From Octopus bimaculoides (lineage: Eukaryota), in NCBI RefSeq assembly GCF_001194135.2, contig NC_069005.1, forward strand, positions 16,245,894 through 16,309,893: a DNA stretch of 64,000 nt, written 5' to 3'. The notes beneath the pieces were generated by a model. It was given only the letters and a program-made list of their open reading frames with translations. It was not told the DNA's origin and searched no databases. The translations under genes were made by a program, and so were the position numbers. Of the stretch, positions 39,058-51,448 are shown in pieces. Within the stretch, counting starts at the first letter, position 1; each line of letters begins with the position of its first letter.

Positions 39058-40599
39058 GTAAGTTTTGATTCAAAGTAGCATGTCTTTAAGAGTATACATG
39101 TATATGTTGATGAGTGAATGTGTGCATGGGTAGTTGCACTCATTGCTGATATATATTTGTAGATATTGAGTTAAAAGTACGGATGTGTGGATGTATCTTG
39201 TGTATTTAAGAATAAGTGTGAAGTACACATTATATGCAAATGCATGTTTGTAAGTCTTGTTACTTAAATGAGGTTGCAGTGGTAGTTTCAATTTCAGCTG
39301 TAGTTAATACTCAACTGAATTCTATCAATATTAAAAAAAGGACACATCTGCTAATTTTGTCTGTTACTTGTTTCAGTCACTAGACTGCAGCCTTGAAGGG
39401 TTTTAGTAGAACAGATTGACTCCAGGACCTATTTTTTTAAAGTCTGGTACTTACTCTATGGATCTCTTTTGGTGAATTGCTCAGTTATGGTTCTGCACCA
39501 CCAATTGACAGCACCAGTTGTCGAGTGGTGGTGGGGACAAGCACAGGCACACATCACATATATGGGCTTACAATTTCCATCTACTAAATTCATTCACAAA
39601 GCGTGGGTCAGCTTGTAGAAGACACTTGCCCAAAGTACCGAGTAGTAGAACTGAACCCAAAACTTTGTGGTTGCAGAGTGAACTTCTTAATCACACAGCC
39701 ATGCCTGCAAAAAGACTTGATGGTTATGGCTGGAATCTATTTTGAATTTCTTTAGTGAGAGCTGATTTGGGACTAAGCAACAACTTGTCTTCTGTTTGTG
39801 TTTAAGTGAAAAATTCTTGTTTATTAATATTAGTTGTTGTTTGCTTTCATTTCTGCTTTTCCATGCTGCTATGGCTTGGACATAAACTTGAAGTAAATTT
39901 TTTTATAGGTAGATGCTCTTCCTGTTATCAATCCTTGTCCTCACAAGATGCAGAATTACAGGTCACATTGTTTATAGGCAACATAGGCACGAATCATCAT
40001 TTTGTTAAGTCATGTGAAGAAGTGTTGAATGTATACACACATGCGCAAATACTTTATTCTTTATTTTGTTTGCACATGGAATCACTGTCAGATGTTTTGA
40101 TTATGGGAGACATAAACAGCTGAAACAGTTTCAATGTGAGGAAATGCAGAAATAAGCACAGACACCCAGGCAAACCTGCATGCACACTTATGTACATACA
40201 TGTGTATCATCATCATCATCATCATCATCATCGTTTAACGTCCGCTTTCCATGCTAGCATGGGTTGGACGATTTGACTGAGGACTGGTGAAACCGGATGG
40301 CAACACCAGGCTCCAGTCTGATTTGGCAGAGTTTCATGTGTGTGTATAAACTGCTCTTCGAAACTGAAAAACTTGAGCACCGTCTGTGTTTTTCTGATGA
40401 ACTATACTACCTAAATTCATGAAACTCACCTCTACTTAGGAAATGGAATGGAAGAAAGCCTTGCAATATTCAAATTTATTTAAATCCAAAAATAAATCAG
40501 ATAATTCAAATAAACATATTGTCAGAAACCCCCTGTTCAAAGCTATAACGCCAGGTTGAATAGTGTTGCAAAAATGATGTAAAACAGGGTAATTATGTT

Positions 40600-41560
40600 A
40601 TATTTTGATAATATTCTCATGCAATATGTTAACAATATACTTCAAAGACACATGATTTCATGCTCCCAATCAATTTCAGCAGTAGATTAAGTGGAAGCTC
40701 TACCCAAGCCTTCTTTATTGCCGTTTCAAGTTCATCAACAGATGAATACAGCTTGTCTCCGCTGTACGCAACATTTGCGAGGTATCCCCAGGCATTCTCT
40801 ATAGGATTAAGGTCAGAACTTCTTGCTGGCCATGGCATGACTTCACTCCAACTGCATGGAGGAAATCCAAAGTTGTCTTTGTTTTATGAATAGGAACATT
40901 GTCATGTTGAAATATGAAGTTCTTGCTATTGAGCCTCCTTCCTTTGTCATTGTGAGCCCCATCCAATACATTGATGTATCGTGCATGCTACTTTGAAGCA
41001 GCCATCTATGATGACAAGTGGCAGTTTCGCATTGGCAGATCTTGGCTCCCTTCCATTGTTCTGCCACTTGGAATAAGTAGAATTTTGTACACATTTATCT
41101 GCCCAGTAATACTTATGACTGTTGGGGGCCATCTAAATTCCAGTTTTTCTCATCAGAGAACAGAACCCTGGTCCATTCACCGTCCCATGTCTGATGCTGC
41201 CAAGAATACTCCATTATAACAGCTTTGTGCGAAGGAGACAATAATGGATGTCCCAGTCGCTTCTTCAGATGGAAACCATGGTTCAAAATCATTCTTCTTA
41301 TGGTGGATGTCGAGGTTTCCTGCTCCCAATGCCTTGACTTTGGAAACAGAAGTGCAGCATGATTTCTTCAAAACTCTGACAAATGGCCCTTTCATCCTTT
41401 TCTGATGTAGCCTTGAGACATCCACCAGTATGACCCTTGTTGTGTTGTATCCATCAGAATCTTTTAGAAAATTGTCCACTGACATTCTGCTTTGCTGAAT
41501 CATTTCGGCAATCTTCCAGTTATTCATTCTTTCCACTTTCAGTGAAGAATGTTCCCTTGT
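40600..41560 (-). mobile_element. Tc1/Tc3-like (DD34E) transposase relic
   Basis: FSDEKNWNLDGP and WPARSSDLNPIENAWG motifs; frameshifted. Confidence 0.88.
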
Positions 41561-41829
41561 TCAATTTCAGAAAACACAAAACAGTAGTTTATATGTATAT
41601 AAAAGATGGGCTTTCATACAGTTTCCAGGTACTAAATTTCACTGGTAAGATATTGGTCAACCTCCATCTGCAGCATGAGACACTCATTCAAGGTGAACCA
41701 CAGTAAAATGGAGCCAAAAACATGGTTGCCAATTGAATTTCTTAACTACACATTCGTGCTTGCGCCTTCTTACACATGATGTACATGTGTATATGTATCA
41801 TTTATCTCCCCCTCTAGGAGTGACGTTTG

Positions 41830-43580
41830 TAGAGGCCACATCCCATGGAGAACTAGCCCGTAGATTTAGGAGCACACCACCCTCCCAGGCTAACATGTAC
41901 GGATTCTCACCCAGAATCAAAGAGCTTGAAGCCTTCGAAGCAAACCTTTTGGGCGCCATACCCATGCTTAAATTCCATAAGTCCTCTTCCCCTTTTCAAT
42001 ACAAACTCCGTGAAGACATACAGAAAATAAAAAGTTCCAACAGACAGTCTATTTTTACCCGTCAATATTGAAAGGGTTGCTGATCAAGGCACTTTCCTTT
42101 GCTAAGGGCTTCACAGACATTAGCAATAGATACATAGACATTATCATGCATGCCAGGAAGATGGTACTGTTCAATAAAGATTCGATGTAGGTCAAGCAAT
42201 CTGACGCTGAGGGTTCCTTCAATGTGGTGATGGGGGCCTATGACAGCACCAGCGTATGTGATTTAATTAGACTATACACCCTGGACACCTTAGGGAAGAA
42301 ATTCTCTTCCAGGGATGATGATCTAGCCATTGCTAGGGAAGCCAATGCGCTCACACTTGATTGACTTAGAAAGGACTTGATTAGCACCTTAGGCTCCATG
42401 GGATTAAAAATTACTACTGAGATGTCACTCTAGACTTAGGCTCTGGGACACACAGGTCCTATTGTAAGCCAAATGGGAGACTGTCCTATATCAACACAGC
42501 CTTCTGCTATCCCCTCCCCACTTATCATGTTCAAGGATTTAGTGAAGGGTGTCAGGAAGAGGATCTCGAATCTATCTTTTGGGAAGATATCTTCAACAAC
42601 GACACTACCTACTACAACGAGGCACTGGCGTCCAGTGGGTTTAAGGACTGTCTCTCCTACATGCCAAGCCCTAGCACCCGCAAAAGGAAGTGCCACTGAA
42701 ATATGATTTGGTTTGTTCTGCCCTTGTCACTCAGTGTCAAGACTTGTGTGGGAAGGATATTCCTCAGGTTAATAGACAAACGCTTCATGCACACACATAG
42801 ATAAAGATATTTATTCCACAGGCACAACCTAAGGGTCTCCTTTAGTTGGGCACCCAACATGGTAAGTATATTACATAACACCCATAAAACACAAGAAGAG
42901 GCAGGTTGCTGTCCAGTGGGAGGCCAACGTGAGGCCGAGGCTGTCATCTATGAAGCTGTGGTAATACCCAGGCCTAGCGACTACAGTAATAGCAATGGAT
43001 CATCCAACATCGACGGCATCAGAGGCAACGACAGTAGCAGAATCATCAGCACTGATGTCAATGACCCCAGTACCAGCTCCACAGCCAGAGAAGACAACCA
43101 TACTGATACCTGCAGTACCAGTGAAGCTACTGGCTCCACACCCAACATTACCACTGATGGCACCCACATCACCACCAGTGAGAATAGCGCCAAGCTTATG
43201 GCCAGGGATGACCACCACATCGTCAACCACTGTGACAGCAGTCACAGTGGCATTGCCAGACTTGCGCATCGTAATGATAACAGCTCTGATGACAGCCCCA
43301 ACAACATCAGTGGCAACAACCTCCCCAGGCCTGGAGCCAACTGGAGATGCAGCAGTAATGTGAACACAACCAACACCCCAGCATATATACTCAAAGACTC
43401 CCTGAAACCTGGGTTGCTGAATACCTGCCAAGAAATCTTCACACCATGCATCCATTTCAAGCACAATCTGCTGCAAACATGGTATTTCCTGTTCACTGAC
43501 TAAGCCTGGAAGAATACTTATGATCCAAGAGATAGATCCCATATTCACCTCTCCAGGTCTGTGCTTGTTCTCCACTTCTG
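41830..43580 (+). mobile_element. Penelope-like element relic (a different family) with an expanded GIY-YIG region
   Basis: ELEAFEANL..FQYKLREDI, FNVVMGAYD, RDDDLAI, KPNGRLSYIN, RISNLS, IWF..SVKTCVGRIFLRLIDKRF, CCPVGG..VIYEAVV. Confidence 0.85.
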
Positions 43581-44015
43581 CTTGACAACCAGTGTTTGTG
43601 TGTTTTCATACCTGTAACTTAGTTTGGCAAAAAAGACCAATAGATTAAGTACCAGGCTTAAAAAAAAATTTATTGGGGTCAATTCATTTGATTAAACGAT
43701 CTTTAAGGTGGTGCTCCAGTATGTACAGAGTCTAATGACTGAAACAAAAGATAAAAAATAGATGCATATATTTATACAATAAATTCAATTAACTTCTAAG
43801 TATGAAGTCCAAATATGCTGTAGATATTTGGTAGAAAGGATATGAAATTTTCCTGCCTTCGCTTAATAAAACTTATTCTAGGTTTTCTGGAAATGCTACC
43901 TGACAAAGACTAAAATCTTCTCTACAAGGAGCAATTTATTGTTTCTGTTAATGAAGAATAAATTTAAATAATGATGGTTACATATATGAATTTTATTTTT
44001 TTCATTTCTTTCAAG

Positions 44016-44168
44016 GGGCCTCTTTCCTTAGAAATATTGCTACAAAAGTTTATAACCAGTGAAACAGTGTTCAATGTTGATTGTCCAGGATGTACAAATA
44101 AATCAGATAACATCAGCCAGACAAAAGTAGTACAGTCAACCTTTCTTAAGAAACTAAGTATTGGAAAA
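44016..44168 (+). CDS. USP30: USP30 exon 6 (second CxxC)
   Basis: Pyrimidine tract plus AAG acceptor; GPLSLEILLQKFITSETVFNVDCPGC...STFLKKLSIGK; donor GTAAGT; 153 nt. Confidence 0.94.
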
Positions 44169-45151
44169 GTAAGTTTTTCTTCATTTTTTTTTACTTGAAA
44201 TCATACAAAAAAAAAAAAAATTAACAATTTTAATATTTTTCACTCTGATTAACATGATTAATGTGTAAATGGATATTTGCCTATGAATTAATTATGATAA
44301 TGCAAGTATATTGTTTTCTCACTCTGTAGTGTCTCTTTTCAATGTAATTCTAACTCTGGTTCATCAACCCATCTTAAAATCCTTTGCTTTTCATTTTAAA
44401 TTGTTACCCATTCATTGATTTTTTATCATTGTTCAGCAATGCTTACTTGGCTTCAATATAGGCTGAGTGAGAGCTAAAGGCCTCATCATGTACTTTACTA
44501 CTTATATATAATTTGGCTGTATGGTTAAGAATTTTGTTTCCCAACTATATAGTTTTGGGTTCAGATCCATACATGGCACCTTGGGCAACTGTCTCCTATT
44601 ATAGCCCAGAGCTGACCAAAATGAGTGGACATGGTAGAATGGAGCTGATTGTGCCTGTGTGTATACCTCCTCATCATGGCATCATGTGATAGTTGAAAAT
44701 GAGTGTTACTGTCAGACAAGAGAAACAACAATTAGAAGGACAGCCAAAAAAAGCACGGGTCATTCTTGGCTTTCTTTCATCAGTCGAATCCCTGAAGTCA
44801 CAACTGTTTCGGGCACAGTTACACTTGAGATGGTTCAATCTGGTTGCCCCCAAAAAGTCTAAGCTAAAAGCATTAGACCCCCACCCATGCTAGCATGAAA
44901 GTCAGATGCTAAACGATATATATATATATTCAGCCTGAATGCAGGCTGGGCTGGGTGGAGGAGTTTGTCTCCCCCTCGCAAACATAAGGACACAGGAAAT
45001 GTGTCAAGGCTGACAGGAAGCGGTCCAGCTTCCTAGGGCTAAATAGCAGTAGTATATTCCCTTATTGGGACTGTCACGTTAAGTTGACAGTATACAACTA
45101 CTTTACCACACCACTACTGCTTAAGTCTCTCTGAGAGATTTAGAAATGTAT

Positions 45152-45190
<39 letters not shown>

Positions 45191-45194
45191 TTCA

Positions 45195-45233
<39 letters not shown>

Positions 45234-45507
45234 ATAAGGGTTCAGGTGAATTAGGCACTTAAATGGTAAGGCACTGGGTCAGGTCAAAATTAAAATGCAT
45301 ACACAACAAAAATAGATGAATACATATGCAGGTACCAAAGTATAGGCAGAAGGATATTTAGGTTATGTATATGATATTTTGAACCTGACTGAATGAATAT
45401 ATCACTAGCGCTTGGGCTAATCAAGAAACACAGATTGTATTAAATATATGATCCATGATATACATGCAAGGAGCAGCTCCCAAGATAAGTGAATTATGAA
45501 TAAATAA

Positions 45508-47541
45508 ATAACAAATGGATAATGTGTCAATTCACTACAGCTGTTTCCAACAAATTTTTAAGTGTTTAATGGAGACATTATATCATTAGAAAAGACCTTT
45601 TTTTATCAGGTAAATACAACATTTAGAAGCATTCAAAAATCAACGGCATATGCACCTTCATGATTCTACGATCCTTGCTGGTTGTAGAATGAATTTGTTA
45701 GTTCAGATGGGTAGTAATATAGAAGACAATTCAATGTCATATGGTTAGGGATGATATATAAGATTTGTAGCATTGAGGGAGCATCTCATCCCTGCATTTA
45801 AGAGTTAGTTCTGTTTATCTTGTAATTCAACAAGGGTTTCAGGGTTAAAAGCAAAACATAAGGTCACCTACTTATTTATATATTATTTAACAACCCTTTA
45901 TCTGCTTGCTTTATTGCCAGAAAGATAATAGAGACACAAGTCAGAGATCCTACTTTAGGGGGTGAGGGAATAATAATGGTCATCCTATCAATAAATAAAG
46001 AGGTATATAATAAAGGGCGTACAATAAAAACAAGAATTAAAAATATATGAAGTCAGGCTGCTTGCAGTTGATCTTTGTTATCATTTGGTTTGGGCTTATA
46101 AGTTCAAGGTGGACTGAACCGTTCACCAAACAGATAACACCACCTGAGGTGGGTGAAGACCTTCTTTAGCCTGGGGTGTTAGTGTTTCTCCTTTCTCTAC
46201 CCACTGTCTTCAGTGCTTGACATTTTTGTAGAGAACCTATTTCTTGTCATCAGTCACTGTTCAGTCCAAAAAAGGCTCATTCGTGAGACGTGACAGCAAA
46301 GAAGAGCACTCATTCATTCTCTGTGCACAATTAGACTTGAAAAGTTTGTGAGGAACCCATTGACCCAATTTGTAGACGTTTTCGATGGCACACAGGTATC
46401 GATAAATGGTTGAATGACCAAATCCAAGCTTCTCTGCTAGTTCCTCAACAGCTACGATGGAATTTTGTTCTACCAGGGTTTGCAGGATCTTCTTGGCAAG
46501 CTCTACAGATCTTCCAGGATGAGGCTCGTCCTGTAGGCTGTAGTTTCCGGCTCAGAATTTCTGGAACCACCATTGACACTTATTGTTTGATCCCCTTATA
46601 CTGCATTAATATTCCTTGCACTTTCCGTTGTGTTGTTGCTTTTATTGAACTTGTAAAACAAAATATGCCGAATATGCTCTTTTGTCACTTCCATTATAAC
46701 TTTGAAAAAATAACTGCACTCTTCAAAACTTGCACTAAGAATAAGGACAAGGTAAAATCATTACTTGCTTTTATAGCAAGTTGATGCTAGTAGTTTATCC
46801 CGTCCCCTTCCGACTTTTAGTTCATGCAACTGAAAAAAACCACATTATTTATGGGATGACCCAATATATCACAGTTACAGTACTGAGTATGTGTAGCCAA
46901 CACAGTTTGAAAATCTGTCTGTTATCCCTTTGCTTTCATATATTCTTTATTTTTTATTTTATTGTATGTCCTTTATTATATACTTCTTTATTTATCTATT
47001 TATTGATAGGATGACCACTATTATTCCCCTCCCCCCATAGTAGAATCTCAGACTTTGCATCTCTATCAGTTATCCTTCTGGCAATAAAGTGGGCAGATAA
47101 AGAGTTAGATGATATATGAATGACTACATGACCTTATATTTTGCTTTTAACCCTAAAACTCTTGTTGAATTGAATTACAAGATTAACAGAAGTAACTCTA
47201 TCTTAATTGCGGAGATGAGATGTTTCACTGTCCAATCCCTCCCTACCCAGTCCTCAAACCTCATCAGTGCTATAAATCTTAGATAACCCCTTAACCACAC
47301 ATGACATCATGTTGTCTTCTGCTTTATTACTACCCATCTGAACTAACGAATTCATTCTACGACCAGCAAGGATTGTAGAATCATGAAGATGCATATGCCA
47401 TTGTTTTTTTAATGTTTCTAATGTTGTGATTCATGTATTTACATGATGGAAACAGTTTTTTCCTAATGATGTAATCTCTCCATTAACCACTTAAAAATTT
47501 GTTGGAAACAGCTGTAGTGAATTGACACATTATCCATCTTG

Positions 47542-47544
<3 letters not shown>
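45508..47544. repeat. About 2-kb inverted repeat (arms 45508-46051 and 46935-47544)
   Basis: Colinear reverse-complement blocks such as GGATAATGTGTCAATTCACTACAGCTGTTTCCAACAAAT and GGTCATCCTATCAATAAATA. Confidence 0.88.
46052..46866 (-). mobile_element. mariner transposon 5' portion (TIR plus partial transposase)
   Basis: TIR TA|TTGGGTCATCCCATAAAATAATG near 46866; MEVTKEHIRHILFYKFNK..LGQWVPHKL..TDDKK*VLY..LHPPQVVLSVW. Confidence 0.88.

Positions 47545-47607
<63 letters not shown>
47543..47607. repeat. (TA)n microsatellite
   Basis: Direct read; joins the 2-kb inverted repeat to the hammerhead hairpin. Confidence 0.98.
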
Positions 47608-47613
<6 letters not shown>

Positions 47614-47672
47614 TTAAGGAATGGAGTAAACGCATGTTATAACTGCATACTTTATTCCGACAGTTCCCATAC

Positions 47673-47758
47673 ATTCCCTGAGGAGAAGGTTACATTTTTA
47701 ACATTGACGATTCCTATGGATCGCATAAATTGTAATTCTTCGAAACATATGTCGGAAT
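47673..47758 (+). ncRNA. Type I hammerhead ribozyme motif, intact core
   Basis: Stem I ATTCC/GGAAT; core CTGAGGA (47678-84); stem II GAAG/CTTC extended by GTTACA/TGTAAT; GAAA (47742-45); palindromic stem III ACATATGT; GTC site, predicted cleavage after 47753. Confidence 0.85.
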
Positions 47759-49118
47759 AAAGTATGCAGTTATAACATGCGTTTACTCCATTCCTTAAAT
47801 TTTTATATATACTCAAATACCCAAAATATCAAGGAGTTTCTGCCTCACTAACAGGAATTACACCACAGTTATTTTGTGATCTTTGCTACCTTGGTTTCTA
47901 TTAACCCATTTATTCTATCCGAATTATTATTTATTAGGATAAAATAAATACATATAATTATATATATATATATATCCTTTTCTCATGTGGAGCTGTTAAC
48001 TGCCATTTGGTAATTACAGTACAGTCTCTAGAGGTAGAGATAATTTTAATAAATTAAGAATTTATGTTTATAGCATTTGACATATATACTGTATTTGTTT
48101 GCTGTTCAAATATCTGCCATTGGTCCCTCTTGAGTTGTTTCTGTTTGCTCATTTTTGTTCAAATTATACAAATTACTTTGATCATAAATGTGTTTTACTT
48201 TTTTTTTTGTATCACTCCTTTGGATACTGGTGATAAAGTTGAACAATTGTCAGGTTGATGCATGTCCATGACTTTCCTCTTATCTCTTGACAATAAGTCT
48301 GTCCTTTTATTTAGTCATGTCAATTTTGGAGAAATTTTTGATTCTTGAAATTATCTCCCCTCCTCATGGAACTGGTCTTAATTGTCATTAAGTAATTATG
48401 ACACATCTTGTGGAAATTTTTATGAATGATGACTTGTTGTATGGTGTTTGATATACCAGCATTTCTCTCTTGTTCAAATACATGCCACTAACCACTCAGA
48501 GTTATTTCTCATAATTCATATCTATATATGTATGTGTGTGTATCGAAGGTTGAAAGGAAACACACGAGTTGATATGTCTAAGGAAAATAAGACAAGGTAG
48601 AAAATGCTAAAATAATTTTATCATGAACATTTTAGTACCAGTTTTCAGTCTTGCAACTTTTTCAACTTAAAGCATGAAAAACAATTAAATTGTGGAAATA
48701 TAAAATGAAATGTTTTAAAATATTTCCATAATTTTCAAATACAAGGGACACTTTCCTTTTTTCTGTCTGTCTCTTCTTTTTTACTCTTGTGAAGGCTTGG
48801 TAGAATATTTGATGAGTTCTTGGTTTTGATTGTTTAAGCAGCAGTAGCTGAGGAAGGAGGCAGTGAAAAAGAAGAAGGAAAAGAATAAGAAAAATATGGG
48901 AGTGGTATGACAGTATAGGATGGTGGAATCCTTTTAAATGGTCAAGTGACTTAAGAGTGACCTGTTGTGGTTGTAATAGTAGTGATTGGCATTGTTCTGA
49001 ATAAATTCATGGGTTGTGGCTGTTCTGAATATATCGTTTTTAATATTTGCATGGGTATTATTCTAAGGTCCTTGTAGTAGTGTCATTTGTGTTGGACACA
49101 TTCAAAAGGGGTTTATAT

Positions 49119-49308
49119 CTACATTATTTAAATAGCATCGAAAAATACTTTAGGAATGAGAACCCAGGTTCGAAATTTCGCCAAGACACCTGATGAAGGC
49201 TGGAGGGTACATCAGCCGAAACGTTATGTTAACAACAAACAAGATGAGGACAAATATCCGTCAATTGTAAATAATGTACATAATTCCTCATCTCTTAAAT
49301 ATAGAACT
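49119..49308 (+). mobile_element. 190-bp hammerhead-bearing non-coding retroposon (retrozyme/SINE-like)
   Basis: Flanked by direct GGGTTTATAT (49109-49118 and 49309-49318), splitting the PLE YKP codons. Confidence 0.82.
49185..49230 (+). ncRNA. Minimal type I hammerhead motif
   Basis: GACAC-CTGATGA-A-GGCTG(gagggtacat)CAGCC-GAAA-CGTT-ATGTT; palindromic AACGTT; one stem I mismatch next to the cleavage site. Confidence 0.78.
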
Positions 49309-50795
49309 GGGTTTATATTTTGTGATAAAATATGACTCTTTGCTAATGCACTGATTATAGGTTGCATTACCCCTGAATTTATAGAGAGGAAAAATTCTGA
49401 CACTCGGTTGGTTGTTAGTGATGCAAATGTTGATGTGTTTGCTGAATGCTATTTTTCTGTATTCCCAAATTTTGACATAGACTGAGCAAGTTAATACATA
49501 TATTAGGTTTTCTGAAGCACATGTGAAGTTGTTTTTTCACTGTAAAACGTTGACCCTGTTCGAAAGAGAACTCCGATCCCTCAATTAGGTTGACGCATAT
49601 ATCACAGTTGGGTCTTCTTCTGTGTTAGGAGACTTTTCATAGATTTGGGTTGTCTTGTACTCTTTATGATGGTGTGCGTTTGGAGGATTAAATTCATTCA
49701 GTGTCCCTTTTTAGTAGGGGAATGTTCTGGAGGATGGTGTCGAAAGCTTCATTGTTAAGAGGGTTGTTTGTGGAGATGTATGGTAGGGCTTTTGGTTGTA
49801 AATCCTTCTTTAGTTTGGGATGTCTGAGTTCGTGAATATTGAGTTGTTGGGCACGTTGAAAGCCTACATCAATTAGTGATGGTGGGTAGTTTCTGGTAAT
49901 GAGTGTATCCGTTAGTTCATGTATTCGTGTGTCCCTCGTGTCTGTATTAGAAACTATAGTACAAATCCTTTTTGCTAGGTTGAAGGGAATATTCATTCTC
50001 GTGTGTCTTGCATGGAATCTGTGGGCTTATAGTATATATCTGCTTCTATTTGATTGTTGGATTTCTTAATGAGGATCTCGAGGAATGGAAGTTGTTGATG
50101 GCTATATTCCATCGTTAGTTGAATGTTTATGTCAAGTCCATTTACAAGTGCTTGAAATTCTTTAAGTCTCTCTGTACTTTCATGCCAAAGAATGAAACAG
50201 TCATCCAGATACCTCTTCCAGTTATTTTCTATGTAGAGGGAGAATGGGTTGCTGTATTTTTCTAGTACCTTACGATAAAGACTGATTTCTAGAGTATCCC
50301 ATGACTAGGTTAGTAAGGGAGGGGGGGTTCTCATACCCATCGCAGTTCCTGATTTTTGTTGATAGAAGTTGTCATTGAATATGAAGAAGTTATTCTCCAA
50401 GATGAATTTTAGCCTTTCTATTATGAATTCTTTTTTGATGCGATGTGGGAGTTCGTTGGAGTAATTCTCTAGCCAGAATTGAATTGCCTCTAATCCTAGG
50501 CTGTGGGGGATCTTAGAATAGTGTCGAAGGATACTAGTAGGGTGTTTTTGTTTATTGTTTTCGGGAAGTGATTGAGCATATCCAGGCCATCCCTTATGTA
50601 ACTTTTGATATGCTTGAGGAATAGCTTTAAGAGGGTATCTAAACAGTTACTGGGGCAGTGTGTTTTGGTCATTAGGAGTAGGGACCTTGATTATTATGTC
50701 TGTGGCTATGCTGCATGCGTTACTTATTTTCTCAATTTTGGAATACCGTAGAATTGACTGGATTTACTTTTAAAGTTAGTCATATAATCGTATTC

Positions 50796-51448
50796 GGATC
50801 GAGTTCAAAACGGGGGCACCAGTATTTTCTTAACGAGACACTTTGAAACTTGGGACACTGGTAGAATGTGTCATATAAAACATATTTTTCTCTTAGTCTT
50901 CTTAAGAAAAATTATTATATTGCAACTTATTTTATGTTAAAGTTGTCGTATTTCTGTAATTTCAACCAATGACTGACGTCCATTCAGCCGAATACATTAA
51001 GTGCTGACTATGTAAACAAACAATTCTCAAACGATTCTGGCGGTGATAAAATTATTATTTCCTTGTCAAAAAATGGCTGAAGCATATTGGCAGTAGCTAA
51101 TAAACCTTTCTATTATAGGCACAAGGCATGGTTTTTGAGGGAAGGAGCAAGTCGGTTAGGGAAAACGAACACACGTGTGTTACATCTCTGCAAAATGTCA
51201 GAAGTAATGGAGATTAAATACGCTTTTCACTGCTTAAACTGCCAGAGGAGTAACTGTAAACAGCTGAATACTTGTCAGTGATTGGTTGAAATTATTGAAA
51301 TAAGACAATTTTTTACATGAAATACAAAAATTTTTTTCTGTTCTATAACACAAAATAGATAAGTATACGAAGTTTGAAAGTCTTTCGGTACCAAAAACAC
51401 TACATAAAACATAAATGAAAACTGGTGCCCCCGTTTTGAACTAGATCC
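50796..51448. mobile_element. 653-bp MITE, probable Merlin superfamily
   Basis: 28-bp TIRs GGATC(G/T)AGTTCAAAACGGGGGCACCAGT (27/28 match); 8-bp TSD TCGTATTC at 50788-95 and 51449-56. Confidence 0.85.

Noticed and set aside
42995-43575. Mucin-like host gene from the overlapping ORFs on both strands
   Set aside because: No splice or promoter context; the stop-poor trinucleotide composition explains the multiple open frames, and the flanks are PLE.
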